From Rhizophagus irregularis (taxonomy: Eukaryota): a stretch of 64,000 bases of DNA. Both the position numbers and the translations under genes were made by a program. The stretch lies in contig NC_089434.1 of the NCBI RefSeq assembly GCF_026210795.1, positions 3,224,001-3,288,000 of the forward strand, in the 5' to 3' direction. Shown one piece after another: positions 1 through 16,805 of the stretch. Every line of letters begins with the position of its first letter. The stretch's first letter is position 1. The notes under the pieces were generated by a model, which had not been told where the DNA came from, ran no database searches, and saw only the letters and a list, made by a program, of their open reading frames with translations.

Positions 1-56
1 CAGGCATGTACTTTATTCACATCCCAGGAGGTTACAGATTCCGTTGTTCGGTCCAT
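1..56 (-). CDS. 5' end of a probable SAM-domain protein (Ste50-like); continues beyond the window
   Basis: ATG at 56 reads MDRTTESVTSWDVNKVHA(W), resembling the V..W....V..W start of SAM domains; only ~18 codons are visible. Confidence 0.4.
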   Translation of the reverse strand, partial: MDRTTESVTSWDVNKVHA

Positions 57-633
57 GGGGTAATTGGAGTAGACGGTTTTTATCAAGTATTCTTTGGTAG
101 AACAAATTTTAATTTTGTTCTGAAAACATGTGTTCAAATTTAATAACAAAACTAGCCACCCACCGCACCACGGAAAAGGGTTGTGGTACGAGGTGATCAG
201 CCATCACGAGGATCAATTTTCTTTTTTATGCCATAAAACTTTTCAACCCGGCCGGCGTTAAGAATTTATTGTCGGGATCTAGTTTATTACTAATTTTTTT
301 TATATTTCTATGTATATTATTTTACATACACCCATTAATTATAATAGGCAAATAAACAGCCAAAAGTATATTCTATTAATACATGAATGATTAGAAGTAT
401 TTTATTAATTTTGCTTTAGCACGCGAAAATTCGTAGCTTTGTAATACAAGAGTCATGTGATTGAAGATCGCACCATTTTATGAAGCTGTGATCAAATAGT
501 TAATTTATTACATATAATTACAGAATATAAAGATAGATTTTCAAATCTATTTTAAAAAACAATTGCACCAGCAATTATTTTCATCATTATAATAATATGA
601 AATGTAAGAAATAATTTAAGAATATTTTTTAGA

Positions 634-3061
634 TCATTCAATATTCAATCCTACTCTATTGATATATTCAAGTGCATCAGGAATTCGCCTATTTAAAACA
701 AATAAAAATGTAAATAAAATTAAAATCCAAATTAACAATCGCTTTTAAAGTAAAAAAAAAATTCTTACTTAAAGAAATGATCACTCCCAACTCTATCCGT
801 TATTCCAGCACGTATAAATAACTTCCTTTGATTTTCACGCAATTTTACAAAAAATACATTAACTCCACGTTGATGATATGCTACAATAATTTCCAAAAGA
901 ATTTGCACAGCACTAAATAATTATAATTGATTGTGAATTTTTTTATTATTAAGTCAACGTAAATTCGTAATAAAAAAACTATATTAACTATATACATACC
1001 TAGCATCAATATCTTCCATTGTTTCTATATCAAATATTACATTCTCAATTGGAGACATCCGAGCTTCTTCAGAAGGATGAACACTCATATCACCGAATTC
1101 TTCCAGACGCCTTAACCGATCTTTAAGTTGACCAGTGTTGGCGAAGTACAAGGGTTCAGAAATTCTAACAACGAGCACTCCTTCAACATGTTCAGCTTGG
1201 TCAGGAAAATCTTTTATAGGTTTGAAACGGTTTGTATCACCTATCCTACCCTATAATTGCAAATACAATTGGTTTTTAATAAAAGGTAAGTAAAAAGAAA
1301 GAAACCCATTATTTAACTATAAGCACTTACTAATAATGTAATACGTGGATAAGTAGAATGTTTAACCACAAGTATTAACGATAAGGCAACTGAAATTAAT
1401 GTGCCATATTCAATAGAAATAAAAATAGTGGAGAAAAAGGTCAAAAAGAGTAAAGCAAAATCTTTCCATGCTTTAATCTTGTACATGAAATATAAATCAT
1501 GTGGAAGTTCTTCTAACAGGGATATAGCAGCAACTGTGACAATTGCTGCTAATACTGGTTTCGGCAGATAATAAAATGCACTAAGAAGGAAAAGTAAGCA
1601 TAAAAGTACAAGTGTAGCATTAATGAGCCCTGCTAATTGAGTCTTGGCACCAGCTCTATCATTAATACCACTCCTCGCCATACCACCATAAGCAGCGAAG
1701 CATTGGAAAAAACTTCCAACTAAATTTGCTGTACCCAAGGCAACTAGCTCACGGTTGGCACTAACAGCATAATTATGTTTTGTCGCATAAGTTTTTGTGA
1801 CTACAATAGATTCTACAAAACCGATAACAGATATCAAAGCAGCTGCTTCAAAACAATCCCTAAGATGAGAATGATTTGGAAAAGGGAGTTGGAAACTAGG
1901 GAATCCACCTCCTTTAATTGATCCAAGAATATCGACACCATCTTCATCCCAATTAAGAATATTACACAATATTGTAAATATAATAACACATATTAAAATT
2001 TCCGGTGCGAATTGCACTTGTGGCCATCGTTTGGACAATTTTTTTTTGATGAAGCCAGTTATTAAAAGAAAAGCAAGACTTGAGAATGAAACCATGGTAG
2101 TTAATATATGAGCATGATCAAGATGTGTAATAATATAGACAAAAGTTTCAACTGATGACGATGCGTGACCGATTCCATCCTTTGCAGCTGTCTCAGATAA
2201 CTTGAACATAACCAAAAGTTGTTCGATCATAATTACAATTGCCACAGCAGAAATAAATCCACGCAAAAGAGCACGAGACAATACAGAATCCAAGAATCCT
2301 AATCGAACTATACCAAGAATAAACGTCAAAATACCCACAAAAAATGTTATTAAACCTGCGATTAAAATAGCAGATACTTCGTCACCCTCTTTGTCCATAT
2401 ATCGTTGTTGTTGTACTACAGAAGAACCTATAAGCATAGATACAAGTGCTTCTGGTCCAATAACTAATTGTCTAGGTATATAATTAAATCAGTTAGAATA
2501 CAATAATGAGTAACTAATTTCAAATAATATAATATTTTACTTTGAAGTGCCAAGAAATGAATAAATGGCTCCAGGTATGACGACAGCATATAAACCATGA
2601 ACAGGTGGAAGCTTTGCCAACACAGAATATGACAAAGCAGAGGGCAACAAAATGGCTGTTACAGTTAAACCGGCTAAAAAGTCTTCAATGAATATTTGTA
2701 TAGAATAAGTTGGTAACCAACTGAAAACCGGAACATAATATCTAAGCCGAGTTTTGAAAGTTATCCATGAGTCACTATGTCTATTATTAGTTTGAGGAGC
2801 TAAATTTAAGAATTGTGAGAAAGTGATTTACTTGCAGAACGAATAAGAAGAGCTATTTTATGTTGAACGTAATACCTGATCCATCGGGTGCTGTAAGTGG
2901 AGTTACTTCCGTAAGTTGTTCTTCGTCAGTATCGTATTGACTACCTTATAATTTTATTCGTAAAATAAATAATTTAGACTCTTTTCGTACTTAGTGTAAG
3001 ATAGAAGCGAATTCATACCAAACTCAGTAGGTGTCGACGATTCGCGCGGCGAATGCGACAT
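634..3061 (-). CDS. SulP/SLC26 sulfate/anion transporter with C-terminal STAS domain (multi-exon)
   Basis: Large exon 1313-2437 with RLGFL, NRELVALG and GAKTQLAG motifs; STAS segment VRISEPLYFANT; N-terminal YYVPVFSWL; GT-AG introns; ATG 3061, TGA 634-636. Confidence 0.92.
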
Positions 3062-3708
3062 TTTCTTTAAGAAATCCTTTGTTAAGAGTAATCCGATAGA
3101 AACAAATGAAAGCTTAATTTTTTTTTTTTTTTAAGGGAAATTTCTTGGCAAATATTAAGATATCGAAAATATTAAAAATATTGTTGGCTGAAATTTTGCG
3201 TCGAATAACATTTTTCAATCAACAACAGCGGATAATTCTAGGCTCGCGTAACAAACAAATCAAAGGATTTTCAATATCAGATATGCCAACTTATGTATGA
3301 GAGTATGACTCAGCCTTTTTACTAATAGGCTCAACTTTTTTAGCCTCAACTTTCTCACGGAGCCTGGATAACGAATTATAGTAATTGTCCTACGGTAGTT
3401 AGTAAGTACATGTGATAATTAGATTAAACAGATCTTTGATCTTTAATGGCAAAATTAGATTTTTTAGCAATGTTTTTAAAGACACGAAATAAAGCGCGAA
3501 ATTAAGTATTAATATAAATTTATTTGGCTTATTTTAGTTAACAATTTGTGCGGGTTCGTAAAATTTTATTACGAAACACTCATGAGCATTTACATATAGA
3601 AAAATTATGAAGGAAAATATAACGATATCCAACTTTCCCACCCAATTACATTAAAGAAATAAAAAACCAATTTATATAAAATGTTCCTCCATTAAAAGAA
3701 AAAAAAAA

Positions 3709-4313
<605 letters not shown>

Positions 4314-4399
4314 TTAGAAGTTTATAATATTAAGAAAATGTTTAATAAGGGGGGGTGAACTAGGTAATATTTGTAAGAAGAAAAATTGGGAGTAAGTTA

Positions 4400-4820
4400 A
4401 AAATTCGCCCTTTATATAGCTTTTGATTTTACGCGTCAACCTAAAATGATTGTTTTGATGATTCGACGTGATTCTTAAAGAATCACAAACTGAACGCGCG
4501 CAAACGTGACATACGTGACCATTCAAAACTTCTCAAAATAGTAAAAAATAGAAAAAATAAGAAGAATATCCAAATATAACTTAGATATGTAACACGGTTA
4601 CACGTCGTAATCAGTATTATTGAGTAATTGTAACTGAATATGTATATGTTTATTACGGACGCGACAAAAACTTAATCACAGTACGTGTATCGTGATTCAT
4701 CACCTGACACGTTAAATAATAAAGCGCGAAACAATTTCAACAATTTCAGGAAAAAACAATAAAAACAATTGTTGCGCGTTGCTGACCGAGACGCGATCAG
4801 ATCAGGTATATATAAAGGCA
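4400..4820. promoter_or_regulatory. Bidirectional H3/H4 promoter with two outward-facing TATA boxes and clustered CGCG motifs
   Basis: TATATAAA on - at ~4411-4418 and TATATATAAA on + at ~4807-4816; six CGCG cores at ~4432, 4495, 4660, 4725, 4775, 4792. Confidence 0.6.
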
Positions 4821-4939
4821 TCCTTCTGGCCTTCCACATTTCTTCAGAAAATTTTCAAAAAAAAAAAACTTTTATCCCTCGCCTTGAAATTAGGTTACCC
4901 CATTATTTTTTTTTATACCCCGTAAAAATAATACAATAA

Positions 4940-5429
<490 letters not shown>

Positions 5430-5707
5430 ACCGTTTCAACCTATTCAACCCTATCGGAAACAAGAAACTTTTTATTATTGCGAGCCTCATTATTTCATAT
5501 TCATAAAAAAATATTTTTTTTTTTCTTCTATAATGCTGGACTTTGATGTTATATTTTATTAATAAAATGATGGATCAACTATTATAATAATTACTCAATA
5601 AAAATCTAATTATATTTTAATCTTGGCAATGATTTTCATTATCTGTTATATGTAAATTATAAAATCAAAACTTTTTATTTTCATCTTTTTATCAATATAT
5701 AAAAAAT

Positions 5708-6792
5708 ATGGTACTTAAGTTAGCATACACTTTTAAATCGTTTACAAGATGAAATCTGAACTTAAATATTAACATCATCTTCTGTCTTGTTGCGAAAAAC
5801 CAATTAGACTTCAACTTGTGAGGTGGATCCTCAAGTATTAGAAAAACTTCGTAAATTCAGATTTTCGAAAAGTTCGAAAGGAAGTGCCGCATTTGTTTGT
5901 AAGTTTTCAAATTAGTACAATAACAAAAAAAGCTATAATATATACCGGCTAGCTAGTTTAAACCGAGCTTCGGGGTAACATGAAAAATGTATAGAAATGT
6001 TCGTGAAAAGCGAAATTTATATAGAAAACTAATTATTTAAATTATTACCGTTCAATTCAATAAAGTGAAAATCGACAGGGAAAAATTACTGGTCATGGAA
6101 GATGAACAATATGATAATATATCATTAGAAGAACTTATTGAAGGTAATTATTAAGAATGCATTCTTTTTCATTGAAACTTTTTTTTAATCTTGTGTATTC
6201 AAAAACACGTAAGAGTTACCCGAAAATTCTCCGCGGTATATCGTATTAAGTTATGAAGTAAGAATAATAGATTTCATTAAAAAAAAAATGAACTTGATTT
6301 TATCTAACTTTGTATATAACTCTTTGAATTAGTTATTACATGATGACGGACGCAAATCATACCCTTTAATTTTGATTTATTATTCACCAGTTACTACAAA
6401 TCCCGAGACGAATATGCTGGTAAATCATCTCAATTCATCTTTGAAATCTCCTTTGGCGTTAATATTTTATTTATTTATTTATTTATTTATACAGTATGCA
6501 AGCGCGAAAACTTATTTTCAACAAAAAGCAGATTTAAATAAGGTATAATAAACTTTTCCTATAACCATTTAATGAACCTAATGATAGGGAAATTGATATC
6601 CCAATTTCATTAAAAAATATTTATAAATATTGTTTTCTATTAGGTATTTGATATTCGAGATACTGAAACACTAACGGATGAATGGTTAAAAGTGAGTTTA
6701 ATTTATTAAAATTATTTTAAACAATTTACATCTATACACGTTCACTTATTTTTTTAATTAATTTAAATCAATAGTCAAAATTGCTTCCTTAA
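5708..6792 (+). CDS. AIM7: Glia maturation factor (ADF-H family, Arp2/3 debrancher), ~8 exons
   Basis: Spliced reading M|TSTCEVDPQVLEKLRKFRF..KIDREKLLVMEDE..ELPENSPRYIVLSYE|LLHDDGRKSYPLILIYYSP..ML|YASAKTYFQ..VFDIRDTETLTDEWLK|SKLLP*. Confidence 0.9.
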
Positions 6793-7359
6793 GATATTTT
6801 TAAAATTATTCTATATAATAAAAAGATTTGAAAATATGAAAGATTTATTTGTAATACAAATGGCAAAGCCACATTATTACATTATTTATATTAATTATTA
6901 ATTAATTAATTCAATTTGACATTTTTGGCATCAAATCATTTTAGTAAACCTGAAATTTTTTTTTTTTGTTACGCATCTATGATGTCATAAAAATTTTTTC
7001 CACACATCCTATAACAGTACATCAAATATAAAGAAATTTATTTCTTTTCTGTACAAAATTACAATATGTAAAAAACAAAATGTTAATAAATAAAACATAT
7101 ACGTTTATATTAAAACTGTTAATATTAACTAAATTGAACTAATGTTTAAAAACCCCAATCACTTTTGATTACGTATTGCTCTTTTTTCTCTTTTTTTGAT
7201 CGAAAAAATAAATCTTCTTCCCCAATATAATTTTTCTTTGAATCCCTCTTTTCACCTTACAATACGATCATTCTCAAGTTAAATATCATCATATTAACCC
7301 AAGAATTATTAATTCCTAACATATCAATGTTTTTTTTTATCACAAACTTTCAGAAAATC

Positions 7360-8225
7360 TTAGGATTCATTGATGAGTGCGACAATCATCCTAAATTATT
7401 TGGTTTTTTTTAGGGGGAAAAAAAAAACGAATTAATTAATTTTTTTGCTCATGATAAGTCCTCTTTTCACGCTTGTACATACCTATACAGATAATAAAAG
7501 AAACTAATAAGATAAAATCCAAGTTTAGCAAAACATTCTTTTTTATGTTGTCCTAAAGTTCTAAAAATTTCCGTAGCATCATACATATGTTTATTACTTG
7601 TTACTCTAAAATAAAAATTTTCCAATTAAAAAGATAATTATTAGAATGATAAATGTATATATAATGATAAAAGAACAAAAAAATTTTATAATTTACTTGT
7701 TAACATTATAAGCAACTAATGGCGCATTGATGGTTAATGCGATCCAACTTCCATTAATTAAAAATATAAAAGCAAGGAAAGCATGAGCCATCATTTCTGG
7801 AAGTACAAACTATAAATATAAATATATATATATATATAGAATATATTAAACATAATCATGTATTAATATTTGTAACTTTTAAGGGATTTCAAATTAATTT
7901 AATCATATTGTAACTTACCTGATTCAATTTATTACAAAGATCAATAGGATTAATATAATCACATTCAAGATCCGAAAACATAATTGTCTAATAAAATTAA
8001 ATGATAATATTATGTTATGGATAAAAACTAACTTTAAATACGTTCTTCTTTGATAAGCATTTAATCGAAAAAAATCCATTTCATTTTATTCATAAATCTT
8101 ATAAATAATAATTCACGAAATAATTAAATTTTCATATAAAAAAAGGATACAAAGAAAACCATCGTAAATAGTAGAACTGCGGCCATAATGACAGCAAAAA
8201 GGAAAAGTAACGCTTCGCTCGGCAT
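7360..8225 (-). CDS. ERV14: Cornichon-family ER cargo receptor, 5 exons; intron 1 looks U12-type
   Basis: MPSEALLFLFAVIMAAVLLFTMVFF|TIMFSDLECDYINPIDLCNKLNQ|FVLPEMMAH...YDATEIFRTLGQHKKECFAKLGFYLISFFYYLYR|MIVALINES*. Confidence 0.95.
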
Positions 8226-8607
8226 GTTGAATATCGTTAATTTTTTTTCTTTTTTTTTTTTATTAATTTTGTTTTATTTTTTTTTTAAAAAAGGGCAAGT
8301 TTTATTCCCTTTCAATTTTTAAACAAATTTTAATAATATTCAAAAAAAAAAAATTCGGTTTTTTGAAATCTGAGAATAAAAGAAAAAAAAAAAACCTTTC
8401 AACTTTAAATTTTTTCAAAAAGGAAAATTGTATTATTTATTAGATTGTGAAACTTTGCAGATTGTGAAACCTTACATAATGCAATTTCGATGATTTTTCT
8501 TATTTAGGAATCGAGCATCTTGCCCAATAAATTTTTTTTTTTTTTTTTTTGGTGGATTAGATAGATAATCCTATCCTATCCTACTTATAATTACTTTTTT
8601 TGAGAAA

Positions 8608-9125
8608 ATGTCAAACTTTGATAAAGATTTTGTAAAATTGACTTCAGAAAATCTCATACTTCAAGATATTATAAATTTAGTAAAGGATGATGGAGCTGGA
8701 GCAATTACAACATTCAATGGCACGACCCGTAACACTTTCAAAGGTGTGTCTTCTTTATCTACTGGTTTTCATATTTTGATAATCTAATTCTTATTTATTT
8801 ATTCGTCGATACAGGTAAAACTGTTATTCAATTGGAATATGAATCTTATTCTCCTATGGCAGAAAAAGTTTTATCTGACCTAATTCATGAAGCAAGAACA
8901 AAATGGGAACTTACAAAAACTGCGATATATCATCGTACAGGAATTGTACCGGTTGGAGAAACTAGTGTAATAATAGCAGTATCAAGTGTTCATCGTCAAG
9001 AATCACTTCATGCTGTAGAATGGCTAATTAATCAATTAAAAGAAAAAGCTCCAATATGGAAAAAAGAAGTCTATAGTGATGGAAGCGTTTGGAAAGAAAA
9101 TGCTGAAAGCAGACAAAAAGTTTAA
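8608..9125 (+). CDS. MOCS2: Molybdopterin synthase catalytic (large, MoaE-type) subunit, one intron
   Basis: GAITTFNGTTR, LEYESY, HRTGIVPVGETSVIIAVSSVHR and LKEKAPIWKKEVY MoaE motifs. Confidence 0.95.
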
Positions 9126-9460
9126 TTAATTCAACGATTATATATCTCATATTTATTTCAACTAAGAAAGAAAAATATCAAATAATAATAAGAGAAGATT
9201 TACATAAAATAATAAATAATAATCAATTCATTGTATAATATTTAATATTTGAAAAAATGTGAAAATGTAAAACAAAAATAAATTCCCTAAAACCTAGTAT
9301 AACGCCAAAAAAAGAAATTGCTAATATATATATACACATTGCATATGATCTTTCCTTTGAAGAAAAAAATGTACTGTATTCACCAGGAATTGTACATCAC
9401 TTTAATAAAAAGAAATAATATCTATATTTATCTATGTTTTGACTGACAAAGTTATTAACT

Positions 9461-11458
9461 TTATCTTATTGTATTAAGATTAGGTCCGTCCATAGACCAA
9501 AATGAAGTAAGAGTTGCGATATCATCATCTGGTATAATAACGCTAAGTGGATTTTCCAAAGCTTTCGAATTTACTGATACACTATCATCAGATTTAACTG
9601 AACGAGCTGATTCATAAAATTGTGATGGGCTCATAGGACTACGTTGTGGTGGTTTTACAGTAGATTGAGAGTTGCTGTATGATGAATTTTGAGATGGTCT
9701 CGAATAATTAGATGGTTTGGGAGAATTACTGTTATATTTTCTTTGTGAAACTTTTCCACTTGTACGTTGAGAAGTTTTAGATGGAACAGGCCTTGAATTC
9801 GATGTATCTTGAGGTTTATTATTATAAGTAGCACGTGATTGTTTTGAAGTATATGTACTTTGAGAAATCTTAGACTCGAGTGTTTCTCGAGATGATCTTA
9901 ATTTTAATTTTGAACTATTTAATGTTCCCCGAGGAGATTGTGTAGAAATTTCTTGAGTTAAGGGAGGTCGTAGATAATTATTATTATTTTCTTCAACTGA
10001 AGAATTTTGTAAATTAGGCTTGCGTAATTCAGGAAACTCCAATAAACGACTGTAATAAACTGCTTCAGGATGTGTAAGATTACTTGAAGAACCATTGAAC
10101 AATATTGTTGAACCACCTTTCCGTAAATATTCATCTAGTGAATCATTCACCAACCAGTGGTAAACAGTTTTTAATACTTCAGGTGCATTAGGACGATTAT
10201 TTGGATTAGCATCCCAACAACTTTTCATAAGTTCAGAATAAAAAGAAGGTGTTCCAGGTGGAACAGGTGGTCTTTTCCCCTCACATATATCTTTTGCCAT
10301 ATTAACATCATGAGCTGTACCAGCGTATGGTCTAATACCAGAACATATTTCCCACATTATAATAGCAAAACTATAAATGTCTACTTTCTTTGAATATTCT
10401 GCTCCTCTAAGAAGTTCTGGAGCAACGTAAGGAAGTACTCCATATAATCCCCCTTTCTTACGTGTCATTCGATTAGCTGGTCCACAAAGTCCAACGTCCC
10501 CAATAACGAAATGTGATTGATCAATATTCATTACATTACCACTATGTAAATCTCCATGAATGAGATCTCTCTTATGCATTTCAGCAAGACCACGAGCTAT
10601 TTGTTTAAGAATTCGAATTTTATCTTTCCAACTTGATATACGATTGCGTTGAAGATGCATCCTTAAATCTCCAAATGATGCATATTGAATTACCATCATA
10701 AATTCTCCATTTTGTAATTGTGTAATACCATAACAATGCAAAAATTGTGGTTGAGAAAATAGACACCAATGCATTTTGATCTTTTTTTTTTTTTTTTTTT
10801 TTAAACAATCAAATAAAAATAAAATAAAAATTTTAATGAAATTTTTTAGTTATTAAAAATAATAATAATAATAAAAAAAAAATACTAGATTAAATTAAAT
10901 TAAAAAAATTACCTCATTTAAAAAATCGTTACTAAAATCTTGTGAACCATCCAAACATTTCAATGCAACAGTCTGACCGGATTTACTCCACATAGCTTCA
11001 TAAATTGCAGAATACCCACCACGAGCAATAGGTTTACAATTTACAAATTCATCAAATGGAATCCAAACTAAATTATGAGCTGGATATGGAAATTCCAACC
11101 GAATTTCTTGAATAAGATCATCTATTGGTTTATGTCCACTACGCCAATCTCTACGTTGTCCTGAACTTGAACGATTTGCGGTTGACGGTATAAGTGGTGG
11201 AACAAGTTTATTTGCATCAATGTTATTATCATTAACATTGTTATTTACGTTGTTATTATAGTTGTTATTAACATTGTTATTATTAAATGTATTATTAATA
11301 TTATAATAGTTCGTTATATCTATTGTACTATTATCAGACGCCGTAACACTTGGAATAGCCTTGTCACTCTGTCGTTTTAAGGATCTTGTTCTACGTCTAG
11401 TTTTTTTACGTTTTTTAAGGAAGACTCTAAGAAATATTCTCCTTAAACGAATAAACAT
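9461..11458 (-). CDS. Tyrosine-kinase-like (TKL) protein kinase with basic N-terminus and S/N/Q-rich tail, one intron
   Basis: IARGGYSAIYEA, VALK, FLNE|, HGDLHSGN, GDVGL, YGVLPYVAPE, DIYSFAIIMWE, CWDANPNNRP; intron ~10781-10912. Confidence 0.93.
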
Positions 11459-12622
11459 AATTTTTATTTAAAAAAAAAGGACGAAAAAACCATTTGATAA
11501 AGTTAACATTTTAAATAAATAATATAGTAATACAAAAATTTTTTTTTAAAAAAACCGGATTTTAACGGAAGAAACCCCCCAAAATTTTTTTATGGTTAGT
11601 TTTTCATTTATAAAATAATGGTGGGATTTATGCAATCAAATTACGTAATAATATAACCAAAATTTTTTTTTTTACTTACCGAATAATCGAGTTAGATGGA
11701 GTCATTGAAAAATTATAATCACTCAAGAAATTGAAATTGGAATATGAGAATAAGATTTTTTTTTTAAAAAAAAAAAAAAAAAGGAAGAAAAAAAAAACTA
11801 AAAAAATTTAAAAATAAATTAAATAATTAAATAAATAACCATCTCACAACATGAAACTGAAAGGGTTAATAGAAACAAACTTTGCATAATGCATTGTATC
11901 GGATTCTCCGTTTTTCACTGGTTCTTTTAGATGGTTGGTGAACATTTTCATCAGCCAAGATAAAGTTTAGCCTTTTTAACAACATGCCGTCATCTTCCAT
12001 TTTTTTACAATGAACTTAAACCCAATTTGTTATATAAAAAAATATTTAATTAACGCTTATCATGCACATTATTCGCATGTGTACAAAACACTGTATTCTC
12101 GTAAAATCGAGTACATATAACAAGTAATCTGTAATTTTGTATAAACAATGTTCTATTATGAAAACTATAAGTCCAAAAAGGAAAAGCCACATATAATTAT
12201 TTCTCAATCTCACCGCTAATTTGGATATGCACATTATTTGTTTACTATTTATTTACTCAAAAGGATCTTGAAGAAAAAATAATTGAACTATTTTAAACTT
12301 AATAACCTGTATTAGATATTCTTAATTGTAGCTATAAATAGTTACAAAAATATTTATGGATTGAAAATCAATTGCCATATCTAGTCATCAATTTTAATTA
12401 CTTTCATTACAAACAAACACAGAGTTAGAATAATGTATTACATAATGGTTTGATCTAACCTAACCCTATAGATAATCTTATAAAAAGTAATATTGTTTTC
12501 TTATACTTTTTTGCCGTATTAAGAAATTAAAGGATTATGATACAAGGGGCATCTTAAATTACTCAATTAGTATCTTTAAAGTTTTCATTTAGATGACCCA
12601 AATTAGAGGGTAGACAGATTAA

Positions 12623-15270
<2,648 letters not shown>

Positions 15271-16217
15271 TGAATTTTTGTAAAAATAAGATTGATCTAC
15301 TGTATATGGAGTATATGGAGTAAAAAATTTTAACAATCACGTGATATATAGAAGATCACGATGTACGACAAACCTTTAAATTTATGATCTAACCTTTTGA
15401 AAGTTACTAAGGATTAACAGAGTATATCTGGATCGATTAAAATACACTAACTGCTAATGTAAAATAAGCTATCAATCATGAAACTAAAAATTTATTTGAT
15501 AATATAAAGAGATCTACTTGTCGCGTATATGGGCAATGAATGGATCATCAATTATAAATTTATAACAAGCAGAGATTAAAGAATCTCGTAAGCATGCATT
15601 ATGGTTTCCGGATATACAGTACATGGCAATATCGATTACCATTCTTATCACAAACGATACAAATGATTTCCTTTGAAAATTTTTTCATAAATAACAGGTT
15701 TTCATTTTATGAGAGAATCTGTTCCCGTTTCTCCTATCTCTAGTAAAATTTAAAATTAGAAAATATATTAAATTTACATATTTTAACCAGTAATTAAACA
15801 TTTAATAAATTATATTTATTACCTCTTTCCTTCTTCTGCATGAGGACTTTGTTTAATATTATAAATTCTAATTAGACTCGTCTTCCATTATTGATATATT
15901 ATATATTATAAATGTCAGAGGAAAATCTATAAATTTGTGATAACGAATTAATACTCGTGAAAATTGATTAAAAGGGTCCAGATTAGGAATAGTTGATTCA
16001 ATCAAATTGCAAATTTTGTTGTGAAAATAACTTTGTATCTAAGATTAGTCAGATATTAAGATATCAAAGATATTAAACATATAATTCCGATAACTCCGAT
16101 ACATATGTTTAACTCATTTTAAAATGAAGAGCATCCAAACCAAAGCTTTGACGTTAAGAACAATTCCAATGATCTCAGTATAAAGTATTAAAGTATTATT
16201 CTCCAGTGTAATAAGAC

Positions 16218-16413
16218 TAAGGTTGGTTGCCGTAAGTAACGATTATTATTATCGAATTACAACCTTTAGCGGTTGTAATATTATAAACGTAAGTTGTAAA
16301 TTGGCTGTAAATACTACACTATTGTGGTTAGCTAAAAGATGGTAATTTTGATATTACAACCATTATATTTACTTGACTTTTAGACTTACAACTATTTACG
16401 GAGACCAACACTA
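16218..16413. mobile_element. hAT-like MITE (196 bp)
   Basis: Imperfect TIRs TAAGGTTGGTTGCCGTAA / TTACGGAGACCAACACTA; 8-bp TSD AATAAGAC at 16210-16217 and 16414-16421. Confidence 0.8.
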
Positions 16414-16598
16414 AATAAGACATTTTTTTTAATAAGACATAAGACTTATTTTTAATTAAAAAGAATTTTTTTTTCCTCCTAAAAATTATTTGTTGTCCCA
16501 TCGGTATTATGTATACCGATGGATTTTTTTGTAAATTACTCCACCGGCATAAAAAAAGTGGAAATCCATCAGTGTATACGTCATACAAGCCTGTTATT

Positions 16599-16805
16599 GC
16601 ACCCCGGTTTTGTGGGCGCGGTTTTTGGTGGGGTGTGATGTTTTATGCAGTGACAAATAAAGATCAGGCCGCTAAAAAAAACTAAGTCCCTCAGATACTT
16701 AATGTTTTTGAACTCGTGGCTGCACGTGATCAGGTGACAGTTAAATGTCACTTGTTCCTTATATGGTGAAGATCGACACAAACCGCGCCCACAAAACCGG
16801 AGTGC
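16599..16805. mobile_element. Mutator-like MITE (207 bp)
   Basis: 26-bp TIR GCACCCCGGTTTTGTGGGCGCGGTTT (1 mismatch); 9-bp TSD CCTGTTATT at 16590-16598 and 16806-16814. Confidence 0.88.

Noticed and set aside
150..230. GC-rich hairpin followed by a T-run, resembling a small RNA
   Set aside because: No snRNA, tRNA or SRP motif recognised; more simply the 5' region of the minus-strand gene starting at 56.
8226..8607. Possible upstream MOCS2A ORF (bicistronic MOCS2 as in animals) and an AGATTGTGAAAC direct repeat at 8442/8459
   Set aside because: No MoaD-like ORF ending in GG in this 382-bp spacer; the 12-bp repeat alone is too weak to call a regulatory site.
10781..10912. Poly(A)-rich 3' end of the kinase intron, suggesting a retro-insertion
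   Set aside because: No TSD; A-rich acceptor regions also occur in other introns here (e.g. DDX41).
15480..16150. Coding-like fragments on - (e.g. PETIMHAYEIL, IDDPFIAHIRD)
   Set aside because: Broken by stops and frameshifts and no family recognised; possibly an old pseudogene but unsupported.
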